Shown here one piece after another: positions 1 through 13,375 of a stretch of 64,000 nt of DNA (within the stretch, counting starts at the first letter, position 1; each line of letters starts with the position of its first letter). The stretch is from the human T2T-CHM13v2.0 reference genome, Homo sapiens: the NCBI RefSeq assembly GCF_009914755.1, contig NC_060926.1, one strand, 5' to 3'. A program made the position numbers and the translations under genes. Below the pieces are notes generated by a model. That model searched no databases. It was not told where the DNA came from and saw only the letters and a program-made list of their open reading frames with translations.

Positions 1-499
1 CTTTGAGCTCTGTGAAAAGCCAGCTTCTTTAATAGCAGTGAAACTATTTTAATGACCAGTGACATGTTGGTCATGTTAGACCAACGCTTACGACTTATGT
101 GGAGACGTGGCCTGTTTTCCACTTTCAGGATTACAGGGGGAGGTGCAGGGAACTTGGGCCTCTATCTGGCCCAGTGTTTTCCAAATTTCCATCATTTTGT
201 ATCACGATTTTGCAATATATATGCCAGTGATATTATCTTCTTGAAAATAACTCACTTAAAAAATCATATATTTATGAAGGAAACTTTCTATTACTGCTAT
301 AAATGAATAAAACAATTGATGTGAATACAAGAAAACCATAAAATAAATATTCTGAAATAAAATAATGCTATTAAATTCTTACTAGATACTGATTGTCTGA
401 ACCCGAGTTTTGTTTTTTGTTTGCTAACAAGGGAGATTAGTAAGTGCTGGAAAGATGTAAAAGACATAGTAAGCCAGTGGTGAATCATTGCCTCTGAGT

Positions 500-1140
500 C
501 TGTTTATGCTGCTGTTTATCCACAACGTTGGGCAGTCTCTTTCCACACTGAGTTCATTCTTGGCCATGTGACTAGCTTTGACCAATGGGCAGTAGCAAAT
601 GTCATGTTAGCAGTGACTTGAAAAGTGATTGCTCACTGGGGCTTTTCTTCTCCTGCTGTTCTTGGAACCTCTGACCAGCACATGAATAAGCTCAGGCTAG
701 CCTGCTGGATGATGAGAGACACATGATCCAATCACCCCATCACTCCAGCCAACAGGCAACCAATGACCAGATATGTGACTAGCTAGTTACCGCTTGTGAA
801 TCCTCCAGCTACAAAAGTGAGCTCAGCCAAGATCAGCTGAGCCTGGCTTATGTCAGCGGAACCAATAATCCCATAGACTTGAGAGCACTAATAAATTATT
901 GTTGTGCCACTAAAACATTTCAGGGTGGTTTGTATTTTCTTTGCTTGAATGAGTTTTTGTTTTGTTTTGTTTTTAAAATTTGTTTGTTTGAGACAGGGTC
1001 TTGCTATGTTGCCCAGGCTGGTCTCAAACTCCTGGGGTGAAAGTGATCCTCTTGCCTCAGCCTCCCAAGTAGCTGGGACTACAGGCATGTGTTACTGCAC
1101 CTGGTCAGGGTGGTTTGTTATTCATCCAGAGTTAACTTAG
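500..1140 (+). mobile_element. Old MaLR LTR (MLT1-type), interrupted by an Alu monomer
   Basis: MLT1-like motifs ggccatgtgactagctttgaccaatgg and 3' end aataaattattgttgtgccactaa...gggtggtttgtta; boundaries approximate. Confidence 0.65.
934..1106 (-). mobile_element. Free left Alu monomer (FLAM-like)
   Basis: Single Alu arm (tttgagacagggtcttgctatgttgcccaggctgg...ctggtc) with T-rich tail; TSD agggtggtttgt at 922-933 and 1107-1118. Confidence 0.9.
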
Positions 1141-1289
1141 ACCCTAAACTAAGATTTGTTCCAGGCATTTCGTAGCATAAAATTTATCAGTATAATTTCT
1201 TTAGTGTTGGTTTTGAGTACAACCACCTGGTCTACAATGAATGGTATATATCTCATACTTCAAGAAACACCGATCTAGTCCAAGCCCCA

Positions 1290-1425
1290 CCTTTTAGGTT
1301 TAACAATTAAAGTCTCAGAGAGGTGAAGTGACTTACTCAGACTTCATACTTAGCTAGTAACAAAGATGATACTTACACATCAGGTCTTATGTATCCAACC
1401 TGAGTTCATTTCCAGAGCATTTTGC
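1290..1425 (-). mobile_element. MIR fragment
   Basis: Core ctcagagaggtgaagtgacttactc. Confidence 0.55.
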
Positions 1426-1585
1426 TGCCTTTAGGATTGGTGTGTTTAATCATATTAAAGTGACGAGTAGGATTTTTGGGAGTTATTGTGTCAGCTTCTG
1501 ATATCTTTATCCTCTCCTGAAGGGAGCAGGAATAAAGTTAACTCATAGAATTAAAAATTTATTTTTAAAGTTTTGGATTATCTTG

Positions 1586-2003
1586 TGTTGTGGATTGAAT
1601 TGTATCCCTCTCCCCCAAAGATATGCTGAAGTCCTAACCACCAGTATTTGCGAATTTACCTTATTTAGAAATAGGACTTTTGTAGGTATAATCAAGTTAA
1701 GATGAGGTCATGCGGGATTAGGGTGAGCTCTAAATCCAGTGTGTCTCTGTGTCTGTATTCGGACACAGCCATATGAAGACAGAGGCAGAGACTGGAATTA
1801 TTCTGCTACAAAATGCCAAGGATTGTTGAAAATCATCAGAAACGAGGTAGAGGCTAGAAAGGATTCTTCCCTAGAGCCTGTAAAGAGAATGACTGTGCCT
1901 TGGTTTCGGACTTCTAGCCTTTGGAACTGTGAGAGAATAAATTTCTGTTTGAAGCCATCTGGTTTGAGGTACTTTGTTAGAGCAGCCACAGGAAATGAAT
2001 GTA
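1586..2003 (+). mobile_element. MaLR solo LTR (MLT1B/C-like)
   Basis: Starts tgttgtggattgaattgtatccc, has aataaatttctgtttgaagcca; 5-bp TSD tcttg at 1581-1585 and 2004-2008. Confidence 0.85.
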
Positions 2004-3283
2004 TCTTGCTTGTTTACCTTTGTTTGGAATCATGTTCTATCTAAATTGCACACTAACTAATATGGGCAGTAGAGAAATTGACAGACAAAATAGGAAAGTT
2101 AGGACCTCAAAATCAAAAACCAACCCTGTCCCTCCCTTAGAAATAAGCTACCAAATAGAAAATGCCTGCGTGGCTGAGAGTTGAGTGTGTGCACAGACGC
2201 AAGTGCAGCCTTGTCTTAGATTTCTTTCCATCAACAAAGAAGAAGGCCCATTGCATTACCTTTGGGCAACTCTGTCTCAGCCCTTGTGCAACAGAGCGAG
2301 TCTATTGGCATTATCCTTTCCAGAGTTCATAAATAATGTAGAAATTCAGTCTTCGTAGGGGAATTAACATTCACTAAAGAATTCTCTGTAAATTCATTTT
2401 ATTGGGGGCGTAACAAACATCTGTATCTTCTGTCAGCGAAACTGTCTTCAAGGAGAGAAGACAGGTATGCACAGAATTGACGTTACCTCTTTTCTTCCTG
2501 CTAGTGGCATTGTTATCCTAATGCTGGTCTTCCTATTCAGCAGTAAGCGATGTTGGTGCTCACTGTGAATTATCACCTCTGCACTTTGTGCAGTCAGCAG
2601 CACCTCCTTTTCTTGGTTGCGTTAATCATAATCTATTTACAGTGCTGTGCATTTTGAAATCCTTATCCTGCTGCATCTAAGCATTAATGAGGCAGCGGGG
2701 CAGGGTTTGTAGGGCAGCTGCACCAAGACAATTTGCTTGGTTTCTGAAAACCTCCTCCAGATAATCCAGAAAAATCCTTTACTATGGGGACCCTAATTTG
2801 TCTGATTACCTTTTTCCAACAGATGCTGGGGTCATATCCTTAGACTTTCATATTTGTCAGTTTCATCTGGTTAATTCTATTAGTGGCTTATTCCAGACAT
2901 GAAAGTCATTTGCTATTAGAAACAACTGTTGTCATCTTAAAAGGAAAATCCCGGGGCCTCCTTTCCTTCTGAACTTCACGTCAACAGCATAGTCTGGATG
3001 CTCAAAAGTGCTGCTTTGCATTAATTGTCTTCTATCCACCTACACCTCTTTAGTATTTGGGAAATAATGCCCTACAGTAAAGAAGAAAATGGGGCCGTGA
3101 CTAACATAGGGAATGGGACGAATTTGAAACTGTCCCTCAAACTGGATCTGGATGACACAACCAAGGCTCATGCCAACTTGGAAAATTTGGTGGGTTAGTT
3201 TCTCAGTGACTCCTAGCCCCCTTAGAATAACCTGTCACCGCTTTTTTTCTTAAGTATGAAGTTATTGGAACCACCAACGTGCT

Positions 3284-3646
3284 TGATATGGTTTGGCTGT
3301 GTCCCCATCCAAATCTCATCTTGAATTGTAGCTCCCACAATCCCCGTATGTCATGTGAGGGACCGGTTGGAGGTCATTGAATCATGGAGACAGATCTTTC
3401 CTGTGCTGTTCTCATGATACTGAATAAGTCTCATGAGATTTGATGGTTTTATAAAAGGGAGTTCCCCTGCATGAGCTCTCTCTTTCCTGCTGCTATGTAA
3501 GACACGACTTGGCTCCTCCTTGCCTCCACCATGGTTGTGAGGCTTCCCCAGCCATGTGGAACTGTGAGTCCATTAAAATTCTTTTCTTTATAAATTACCC
3601 AGTCTCGGGTATGTCTTTATTAGCAGCATAAGAACAGACTAATACA
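3284..3646 (+). mobile_element. THE1 solo LTR (MaLR)
   Basis: tgatatggtttggctgtgtcccc...agaacagactaataca; perfect 5-bp TSD gtgct at 3279-3283 and 3647-3651. Confidence 0.95.
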
Positions 3647-4040
3647 GTGCTCATCTGCAAAACTCCATTTCCCAGCTTCCCTGCAGCTTGGTGGGACATG
3701 ACAGCAGTTCTGGCCAATGGCATGTAATGAGAAGTCTGCTGAGGATGTCTGGGAAAATTTTGCTCTTCAAATATAGACGTATTTCCTTCCTCTTTCCAGC
3801 CCAATTCTCTTCCCTCCTGCTTGGAATGCCTGTGAAATTTCTGGAACTGGAGCGGTCATCTTATGACCATGCAGGAAAGGCCAACAGAACTGCAGAGACC
3901 TTGCCCTGAGGCACTCAGCTACCAAACCAATGCCAGGAACCATCTATCTCTGGACTTTTAGTGTCATGAGGAAAAATAATCTCCATTCTATCCATATCAC
4001 TGTTAAGTGTGTTTTCCATTACATGCAGCCAAACTTGATA
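3647..4040 (+). mobile_element. Old MLT1 (J/K-like) LTR, probably the host of the THE1 insertion
   Basis: catttcccagcttccctgcagc...gttctggccaatgg...catgcagccaaac motifs. Confidence 0.6.
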
Positions 4041-4994
4041 ACTGGGTGATATGGGGGGTTTCCAAGAGTCTAGTGTGTTGCTGATGTCTTGGGTTAAAGA
4101 GTTTTCAGGAGCTGGAAGGAAATATGAGTTGGGCAGGGAGGAGAAGCCCAGCAGAGTAGGAAGCCCTGGTGTTCCACATGTGTGTTTCAGACTGGGCCTT
4201 TTCTCATAATTTCACTTCACCCTATGGTTCAGAGTTTTATTAGTGTTCTGAATAACTTGTCCAATGAATTCCTTGGGTTTCTGTGCCCTTTGAGGAATTT
4301 CATTTAGTGAACAACTGCTTTGTTCATTTCTTCACTAATTTTACATTGCTTGAGAGAAAAAGCTCTGACTGAGGTGAGGATATCTTAGTATGCCTCAGGA
4401 AAGAACTGTGTACCTCTGAGTGAATTGGGGAGAAGCAGGATACATTTTGGGGAATTAAAAATGTCACTTTGTACACAAGAAGTCATTCTGATTAAGGACA
4501 AATATATTCCCTGAAAGCAGGAATGTGGCTGGATTAGATCATCTCCTTCCCCCCTACACTTTAAAAAGTTGGTTTGAGAATGTTCAAGTAATTATTTACC
4601 ACCTCAGTCTGAAAATTAGGAGTCTACTGGGGTCTCATGAAATAGTTCTGCTGGGGTGAGGTCTGGTGGTGGCGCGGGGAGGGTAGAGTATCAGCGGGGG
4701 TTCCCACTGCAAGGTAGGGAGCTCTGAGCTTGCTCCTGGCTTTGGGGGGTTTCTGTGGATCCCCCTCATGGCCTTGGACCTAGACTTAGAGAAGGACAGT
4801 TGGTATGGGCAGGGCTCCAGAGTGCAGAGGGACAAACATCTGTACAAGGAGAGCAAGGAGAGAGCTGCTCTGGATTCAGTCTCAGTATCTTTCTGGCTAG
4901 GCCCTGGGCTATCTTGTTTACTTTTAATTGCTCTGGCTATTCTCTGCACACAGCTCGACACAAAACACACCTCCTTGGACAACAAGTAGGAGGC

Positions 4995-5655
4995 AGAACC
5001 CAGTCTTTAGGATCTAGAAGAACTGGGTTCTGCCCTAGTTCTTCCATTTATATGCTAGCTGACCTTAGGTAAGTTACCTAGACTCTCTGAGCCTTGGTTT
5101 CCCCACCTATCAACTTAATTATTAATAGTATCTACTATTGCTACATAATAAACAACCAAAAATCTCAGTGGCGCCCAACAGGAAGCATTTATTTCTCACT
5201 CACAGGGCTGTTGGTCAATGGAGGCAAACTTTCTCAGATCACAGAAGCATGAATCTTGGACCCAAGTTTTGTGTCTGCTCCATGTGGGTTGCTCTGGGGC
5301 CCCAGCTAGAGAGCAGTGGCTGCTGGAGCTGGCTCTTCTGGTGGAGCTCTGAAGCTTCCAGATGGGTGAGAGGGAACCTGCAATGCTTCTTCAGCTTACA
5401 ATTCTTATACTGTCACTTCTGCCATTCCATTGGCCAAAGCAAGATACATGGCCAAGTCCTGCGTCTACAAGTTCAATTTCCTACAGAGTAGGAAATGCAT
5501 TCCTACTATGGAGGGAGATGGGAATGAATATTTACTGAACCATAATCTAATTACTACTCCCATTGGAAACAGATGTTTTGGAGACTTAATGAGATAATGA
5601 TGAGGGGCATTTAGCATGGAGCCCTAGATATAGTAAGCTCTCATTAAATATAACT
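4995..5655 (+). mobile_element. MIR split by an LTR
   Basis: gaccttaggtaagttacctagactctctgagccttggtttcccc (5060-5105); MIR 3' part resumes at about 5575 (ttaatgagataat...tagtaagctctcattaaat). Confidence 0.55.
5133..5555 (-). mobile_element. Old MLT1-type LTR
   Basis: ctattgctacataataaacaaccaaaaatctcagtggc...cattccattggccaaagcaag, the reverse of the MLT1 3' end. Confidence 0.6.
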
Positions 5656-6080
5656 TTTTTTTTCTGCTGCTGCTGCTGCTGTTCCTGCTATATCTATTCC
5701 TGTGACACTCCCATCCTTAGCCTAAGAGATGAAGTTCTGGAGAAGAATGCATGGGAGCAGGCTGTGTACCATTCAAGGCCTTGCTGGCTTGGAGAATCAA
5801 AGCTCCCTCCTTTTACCCCAACATGTAATGTTCTTCCCTTTGACCTCAAATGGGTCCATGGAAGCTTCTGAAAACTTCAGGTCCTTGTACATCCTATTAC
5901 ATTTAAAGCATGTTCATGCCCATTCTTATTTGACTCTCTCAATTACTTGTGAAGTAAACTCAGAAGCCATTGCCACTGTCATTTTATGGAGAAGAGAAGA
6001 GGTTGGGTTGATCCCAGGTGACATCTGTCCTTTGGGACTTTCTAGTCTACAGCTCAGATGGCACAAAGTGTCACTCTCAT

Positions 6081-6397
6081 TTCTATTTTTAATTTTAATT
6101 TAATTTTTTTTTGAGACAAGGTCTCGCTCTGTCACCCAGGCAGGAGTGCAGTGGCACAATCTTTACTCACTGCAACGTCTGCCTCCCAGGATCAAGTGAT
6201 CTTCCCACCTCAGCCTCCTGAGTAGCTGGGACTACAGGTGCTTGCCACCACACTGGGGTAATTTTTTGTTTGTTTTTGGTAGAGAAGGGGTTTCTACCAA
6301 AAACAAAGGCTGGTCTCAAACTCCTGGGCTCAAGCAATCTGCCTGCCTCAACCTCCCAAAGTGCTGGGATTACAGGCATGAGCCACAGCGCTCAGCC
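6081..6397 (-). mobile_element. Alu (AluJ-like), dimeric
   Basis: Two arms, J-type ctcctgggctcaagcaatc; degenerate TSD aaagtgtcactctcat / agagtgtcattttcat. Confidence 0.92.
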
Positions 6398-7099
6398 CCA
6401 GAGTGTCATTTTCATGACACGGGTATTAGTTGAGGTTGGCAGAAATCAAACATAAGCATTTGAAAATTTAGTGTTCATTTTGTCATTCATTCATTCACTC
6501 CTTTAATAAAGCAGGACGTTTTGGAGCTCTCGTTGTGTGGTCCATAAGCATGTTATGGTGGACGATTAGATAAGTGCTGTAAGGCATTAGGGGCTCAGCA
6601 GACTCTGCCAATTTCAGGCCCATTTGGGGTTCAGATATTGGCAAGGTGTTGGCAGTGAGGGCCAGAGGCAGGAAGACTGAGCCTTCTAATCACTCCTGCC
6701 TTGCTCATTGCTGTGTGTCCTTCATCAGCCATATGATGTCTCCTCTCACATCTCCTTAGAGCACCCATTAGGTCCAACTAAACTGCTCTTTTAGGATGCA
6801 CTGGGGCAGTTCAGGGTCCCAACACAGCCTCCTACTCTAATAGGCACCCTTTGATGATGGAGAAGGCAGGTCTGATGCCTAGAGTTGGGGTCGGCAATCT
6901 GGGCTGTTGCACTGACTCTGTGGCTGGCCGGGAGTTTGGGAGGCATCTAAACACATTCCCTTCTCTTTCCTTTTCCATCTTCCTGTCTCTGAGATGGAAC
7001 TTGTAATGGACTGAATGGAGATGGTCTTGATTACTTAGTTCCTTTTTCTCAAACCATAGCTAAATGTCATAACTATTTAAACTTATGAAACAGACAGGG

Positions 7100-7190
7100 A
7101 CCATTTATCCCCATTTTACAGATGAAGAAACAGGCTCAGAGAGAGTAAAAGATTTGTCCACTGTGCTGCTGCAATCCCAGGTGACCTTAT
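7100..7190 (-). mobile_element. MIR fragment
   Basis: ccccattttacagatgaagaaacaggctcagagagag. Confidence 0.7.
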
Positions 7191-7934
7191 ATATCCTTCC
7201 TAGTCTTCAGATTCCTTAATACTTTTGAATTCACAGACACCTGCTCTGTGTTGTCCTTGCAATGCCCAGGGCTTGCCAACCCTTACCTGTCGGTGGTGTG
7301 AGGAAGCCTGAAGTAGGAGCAAACAAGGAAGGAGAATTTCTCCCTCTTCCTCCCAGGGATTCCTGGTCATCTACCACAACTCCTTTGTTCTCTACCACCC
7401 CACAACCCTGGATCTTGCAAGGGAAGGAAAGATCCATTCAGGACCGAAGCCCATTGGAGCCATTCATGTTCTGGGTTGACGTGGATTCAACTGGGCATGG
7501 CTGCTCTGTGTTGGGTGGGCACCCTTACATCTCTACCAGTCCTGGTCCCTTGACCTTTGATCGTCTCTGGCCTTGGCCTGTTGTGAACCTGAGGTCTCTT
7601 GCTTGCTCTGTCAGTCTCCCTCCTACCCTCTTGATGAAGGTCTTGACTTCAGAGGACCTTTCACAAATAACAAAGGTGTCTGGGCTGCCTGGAGTGTCTG
7701 TTCTATGCTAACACTCCACTAAGTGCTTTATATCTGCAGTTTGCTCTGAGTGAATTGAATCCCCAGACTCTAGGGTAAAGGTGATATCGTCTTCATTTTA
7801 CAGACAGGGAAACTATGAAGCTGGGAAAGGCTATTTATTTTTCTCAGGATTATACATCTGGTAAATGAAGCTTACTCCTTCTATAATTTTACTCCTTCTA
7901 TAATATAATAATATATTACCCCTTCGATAATAGC

Positions 7935-8120
7935 TGCTGATATGGGCCAGGGGCTTCTTATCCATTATTTGCAATCCTCATAACAACTCTGCTGTCTCAT
8001 CCTCTTTGTTTACCAAGTGATGGAATTGAGGGACAAAGAGGTTAAATAACTTGCAGTGGGTCACACAGCTAATAAGTTATAGTTATGAAGTTTAAGTGCA
8101 GGGCTCTGAGACTCCCAAAC
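7935..8120 (-). mobile_element. MIR
   Basis: aatcctcataacaactct...agaggttaaataacttgcagtgggtcacacagct. Confidence 0.65.
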
Positions 8121-8929
8121 TCCTCTTTTATTCCCTTTCTCTTGAGACTTCTTAGACTTCCTCATGATCTCACCGAGCCCTTCTCAAATAACTGTGTGTG
8201 TTAGAAGTCTGGTTAAAAGAACATCAAGAACAGAGCTGACAGGCAAAACATGTCTCATTTACAGGGCAGCCTGCGTGTGTGGTGTGCAGAGGGCAATGGT
8301 GGGAAGCGAAACCCCGTCCCTGGTCTTGGTAGTTCATGGGCTGATTGTAAGAACGTGAGACCCTCTTACACTTTCTTTTTGAGCATCTCCTGTTGGCACC
8401 ACCTCCTTTTCTCTTCCTTTTGACTTCTACGATCTTTGGTCTGTGTTGTCACCTCCTTTTGACTTCTGGAATCTTTCATCAGTGTTGTCACTCCACGCAC
8501 TGGCCCACGCCTCTGTCTGGGCCTGTACCCAAGCCCCCTCAAATCATTTGAGTGTCTGCCTTAGTAAGGGAAGCCATGAGGCACCAAAGGTACCAGGAAG
8601 TGAACCAGGGTCTTGTCTGGACCCCAGCCCAAGCCCAGACTATGCAGCCAGAAGGAGATCACTGGAAAATGGTATTAGCTCGTTGCAACCTTTAGCACCA
8701 TTGCTGTGGCTTCTTTCCTGCCTTGGAAAAAACTGCCTACTTTCAGTTTTGGATGAAAGTCATCCTACTTTCAGTTTGATGACTCCCCAACTCCCTCCCA
8801 CAAACCCAGATGCTTTGGGCCAAAATCTATTAGGGCAAAACACACCCTGCTCACTCCAGGCTGTGAGAATGGCTAGACTTTGTGCATCTTCTGATCTGAT
8901 TACATTTCCAGTCCCAACCACCTTCATTT

Positions 8930-9652
8930 TTCACCTCCTAATTGATTTCCCTGCTTCCACCCCTCCAATTTATTCTTTGCTCAGCAGCCATCCCAATCCT
9001 CCTAAATTGTGAGTCTGCTCATGTCACTCCTCTAATGGTGTCTCATGTTCTTTAGAGAAAAAGCTGAAGTCCTCACAGTGGCCTACAGTGATCAAGGGAG
9101 GGGCTGGCATTTTTTTTTATGGCAAAGGGGCAGATGGTAAATACTTTTGGCTTTGTGGACCATTGGCGTCTGTGGCTACTACTCAGCTCAGCTGCAGCAG
9201 GAAAGCAGCCACAACATGTGAACAAATAAGCATGGCTATGTCCCAACAAAACTTTACTTATAAAAGTGGGTGATAGGTTAGATTTGGCCCACAGGCCGTG
9301 ATTCGCTGACCTCCTCTCTAGGTGATGTGGCCCTGACACCACATGGCCTTATTACCTTCTGCTCTTGCCCTCTGTTTTAGCCCACTGTCCTCTGTAAACA
9401 TGCCAAGGCTTTGCTTGGCCTTTGCATCAGCTGTTCAATCTCAAACATTTTCTCCCTTTATCTCCGAGTGGCTCATTTTCTTACTTCTTCAGGTTTCTGC
9501 TTAAGTATCATTAGCAGAGAGCCCACCCTGACCACCTTATCAGAAATAGCAACCTTCTCATTTTCTTAGCACCCCATCCCCTTTACTCTGCTTTAGTTTG
9601 CTCGATAGCCATTGCTACCACCTGACATCTTTATTTATTTGAATGAATAAAT
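8930..9652 (+). mobile_element. L2 LINE 3' fragment, interrupted by MER58A
   Basis: cagcagcca...catgtcactcctc...gtcctcacagtggcctac; ends in tgaatgaataaat tail. Confidence 0.7.
9098..9316 (+). mobile_element. MER58A (hAT-Charlie MITE)
   Basis: gcagatggtaaatacttttggctttgtggacca...gatttggcccacaggccgtg. Confidence 0.85.
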
Positions 9653-10016
9653 GGTTCCTTCGGCAAATATTACCGAGTGCCTCCTTAATGCCAGCCAACT
9701 CTCTAGGTGCTGGAATCCCGTAAAGAACAAAACAAAGGCCTTGCTATCATTGGACTTTAAGTCCAAAGGGGAAGACAGACAACAAAAGTAGTAAAAATAA
9801 ATATAAACATTGGTAGAGATAAGTGCTATGGAGAAAATTAGGCTGGGTGGGAGATGGGTTGTGGTGGAGGCTCATGTCTCTGTTTCTCTGGTAGTAGTTG
9901 TCTTCTGCCTGGCCTCATTGCTAAGATTTCACGGGTTACAGCAACAGTGACGTTAGCTCCCATTGCTCAGCTTAGAAGTTGGTGACGCAGAGCTGGAGCG
10001 TCTGACAAAATCCCAG

Positions 10017-10035
10017 AGCCAATAGGGGGCGCCAC
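10017..10035 (+). promoter_or_regulatory. Candidate CTCF motif overlapping a CCAAT box
   Basis: agCCAATAGGGGGCGCCAc resembles the CTCF core CCASYAGRKGGCRC with one deviation; motif match only. Confidence 0.45.
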
Positions 10036-10489
10036 AGACTGGGGAGAACTGGCTGTGCAAAAAGGTGTGATCAAGGCAGGGGCAGCCAAGCTTCTGAACA
10101 CGGTGGAAGGGGAGATGAAGGCTGGCAGCACAGGGGCAGGGAAGTTGGAAGTTGTGGGAGGTAACCGGATCTGAGCACAACTGCCTCCACTACCTGTGTT
10201 TTTCATGGAGTGCTGCCTAAATTACAAGGCGTTACCGAAGAATGCGCTTCTAAGTTGGATGCTTCATAAATCAGCCAGGCATGCATTATTATGCTGCAAC
10301 AGAGCCCTTGTTGTGTCTTAATGCTCAATGATACAGCACAGAATCTGGGTTGGGCTTTCTATCATCTTGGACGTGTGGCAGGAACTCGCGCAGCTCTAAT
10401 TGCTCTACGTGGGAATGGATTCATTGGTGCTTTGGCAGAATGACTCACTCTGATCAGCGTTTAGATTGAAGGGGCCCTACCTGGAATCA

Positions 10490-10660
10490 CAGGCTCAGAG
10501 AAATCTAGAGACCTTAGAGAGTTGATCCTAGTCTAATCTGCTCATGCTACAGATGGGAAAAATGAGGCTCACAGAGAGGAAGTTACTTGCCCAAGGTCAT
10601 AAGTGGCACTTAGGGACACAAGTCAGGCTACTGATTCTGAGTTAAATACTTGGGTCACCA
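10490..10660 (-). mobile_element. MIR/MIR3
   Basis: acagatgggaaaaatgaggctcacagagaggaagttacttgcccaaggtca. Confidence 0.7.
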
Positions 10661-11444
10661 TCCCAGATTCTCAGGAGAGCCGCCGTGCCCCTTCCTAGGC
10701 CTGCAGCAGGTGCCTCGGATGGTGACATTCTCTTGCCATCTGACTCAAGCTGCAGACCAACTGGAAGAAGCTGTGCCTCATTTACTTGAACACAAATGGA
10801 CAACCAATTAAAAAAAAAAAACAGACTTTCACATTTTATGGATCCTTAGGGACTTAGTGAACTCATGCTCCCAGATTAAAGGAAAGAGGAAAACCATACT
10901 CTTCTTGCTGAACTATGCTGCCTGCTGGTTCCCCAGCGCACCCTGGTGTTCTCCGGAATGGAGACAGCCTTTAGGACAGCTGGAGAGCATTATCACTTGA
11001 AGGCTTGCATTCTGGCTTTTATATATGATTTACATACATCTGCATACTGTATGCTCTGGGCATTGTTTTCTGTGTCATGCCATCTTCACAGTCTCCCTTC
11101 TCCAAGCTCACTTGGCTGTTTGGCTTCCTCAGCTCTGCTGGGTGAGGTGAACGCTTGGTTGGAGTTTGATCTGGAGAAGCATCTAGAAGTTTCACCTCAG
11201 CGGGAGAGACTCTGGGACAGAGAGTGGCTGCTGAAGTCAGTGATGTGTCAGAGTCCAGTGGCCATCAGTTTCCTTAAGGTTCTACAGTAAGATCTGTTTA
11301 TCACACTCCTTATCTGTCTCTGTCCTGAGCTAACTGTGTTTCTAAGTGCCAGGGGTTGCCCATGGGTTCAGAGTGACTGTCTATGTGTCAGGTAAAGTAG
11401 AAACTTTAGGATGCCATGGAAGAGACAGCCAACTTTTGGGCACC

Positions 11445-12140
11445 CTAGATAAGAAATGCGAATTAAAGCCGCAGTGAGATTCTACTACCCTAGTGGGTTA
11501 AAAAGACTGATAATACTAAGAGTTGACAAGGCTGTGGGTCAAGTAGAACTCTTATACATAGGAGGTAGGAGTGTATATTGGTACAATTACTTTAGAAAAT
11601 TACTTGACAGCACCACCTAGAGGTAAATATTTGTCTCCCCTGTGACCCAGTCATTCTACTCCGAAAGCTTTCACCAAGGAAAGGGGGCACACATGTCCAT
11701 CAAAATACATGTACAAAAATGTACACAGCAGTTTCATTAGTGATAGTAAGACATTGGGATCTACCCAAGTGGATAAGTAAATTGGATATAATCATACAGT
11801 GGAATAGTGCCTGACAACACAAAAGAATGAACTACTTGTATACTACTTATACATACAACAACATAGATGAATCTCACAGATGTAATATGCAGCAAAAGAA
11901 AATAGATACAAAAGAATCTATCCTATAGCATTCTATTCATGTGACATCTGAGAGCAGGCAAAGCTAGTTTATGGTGATAGAAGCAGAACTGTGGTTACCT
12001 CTGGTGAAGGGAGTAGACTAGGAAGGGGTAAGGAGAAGCCTTCTGGGGTTGATGGAAATGTTACATCAATAGTAAAAATTCACTCATTCACTTAAGTAAG
12101 ATTTATGCACTGTATAGTGTGTCTGTTATAACTCAATAAA
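11445..12140 (+). mobile_element. Ancient L1 (L1M-type) ORF2 end and 3' UTR fragment
   Basis: agaaatgcgaattaaagcc...gacccagtcattctactcc...acaacatagatgaatctcac...ctcaataaaa. Confidence 0.8.
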
Positions 12141-12983
12141 ACTGAAGGAGGAAGAAAAGGGGACCTGAGTGAGAAAGACTCAGGGTCATTCTGGTAATAT
12201 GTTCTATGTCTTTGACTTCCGGGACTTGGCCTCTATTTCCAGACTCCTGACACCAGCTTGCTTGATGGACTATGCTCTTTAGCATCGCCCAATATCAGCT
12301 CTGCTATTTGCCTACAGCTTGATGTTCAAACACATTCTAAGATTGACACTAACTTCTGATACTTGTACAGTGTATGCTCAACTTCAGGTTTGCCCGACTT
12401 CAAGGTGAGCTGATACTATCAGAGCTTGCCTGCACCAAAGTAGCTTTTCTGGGGCCTGCCTTCCGCACTCTCCGGCCCCCTTAATCCAACACTTGGTACT
12501 CATGATGAGATAGGCCCCAGAACTCCTCATACCATATTTCCATCAGCTGCCCACAGCTGCCACAAATTCCTGGGGGCACCTACAGTTGATCACTTCAGGT
12601 CAATGTACAATTGCTAGTTGTACAATAAACCCTGGAGGTCTTAGTGAGGTGGATTGCTTAGAAAAGTCTGGACTCCTTTGGGCCATGCTAGAGGCTGACT
12701 TAAGGGCTAGAATAAAAAGACCTTCTTGCATCCTTTCCTCTAGGCCAGGGATGGCAAATACTTCACATATGGGCTAATATGTCTTCCCCAGCTCCTTCCT
12801 ACCCCACAGCAGACATTAATAATCGACCACAGCAAAAATCCTGGATAGAAAAGCATTCCAAAGAATGTACAAGAAAGCAACTATGTATCTAAGCCTCTGG
12901 AGAAGAGTTGTTTTCGCAAGACCTAGCTAGGCAGCACCTCCCAAACACAAGGACAGCTGCAAAGAGGAGAAGGGAGATGAAAG

Positions 12984-13375
12984 TTCTAGGTCTGGTTTCT
13001 TAGAAGTAGATGCTGAAGAGAGGATTTGCCGCAAAAGACTTATTAAGGAAGTGCTCCCAGGTTAGGGAAAGGGATGTAGGTGAGCAAGTGCAATCTCAGG
13101 CCAAAGGTCCCAGAAGTGACTTTATTCTGATGGGTAGAGGCACTGTGGGGTGTAAGTTGCACTCCGAGTTGTCCAAGGGAACTGGGCCTGTGTACCTCCA
13201 CACCACTGGTCAAGGGCCTCCTGGAGAGAAGCAAATTCCCAAGAACTCCTGGCTGTCTGTGTGTGGGAAGTGCTCCAGTGTCCTGAGGGCAGTCCTCCCA
13301 AGAGAAGCCTTGATGTGAATGTGGGAGGCAAAGGTGCACACACACTGGGGCACACAGAAACAGCAAAACACTCTC
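12984..13375 (-). mobile_element. ERVL-class LTR (LTR16-like)
   Basis: ctaggtctggtttcttagaagtagatgctgaag...ttattaaggaagtgctccc, the reverse of an ERVL LTR 3' end. Confidence 0.5.

Noticed and set aside
3543-3555. PRDM9 hotspot motif site in THE1 LTRs (also 28736-28748)
   Set aside because: Sequences cttccccagccat and cctccccacccct do not match CCTCCCTNNCCAC
7872-8785. Short tandem duplications (about 7872-7905, 8415-8492, 8737-8782; also 21197-21246)
   Set aside because: Two-copy slippage products; no spacer array or CRISPR-like organisation
7262-9012. ORFs of 149 aa and 189 aa
   Set aside because: No recognisable domain or exon structure; the second contains small tandem duplications and runs into L2; consistent with chance
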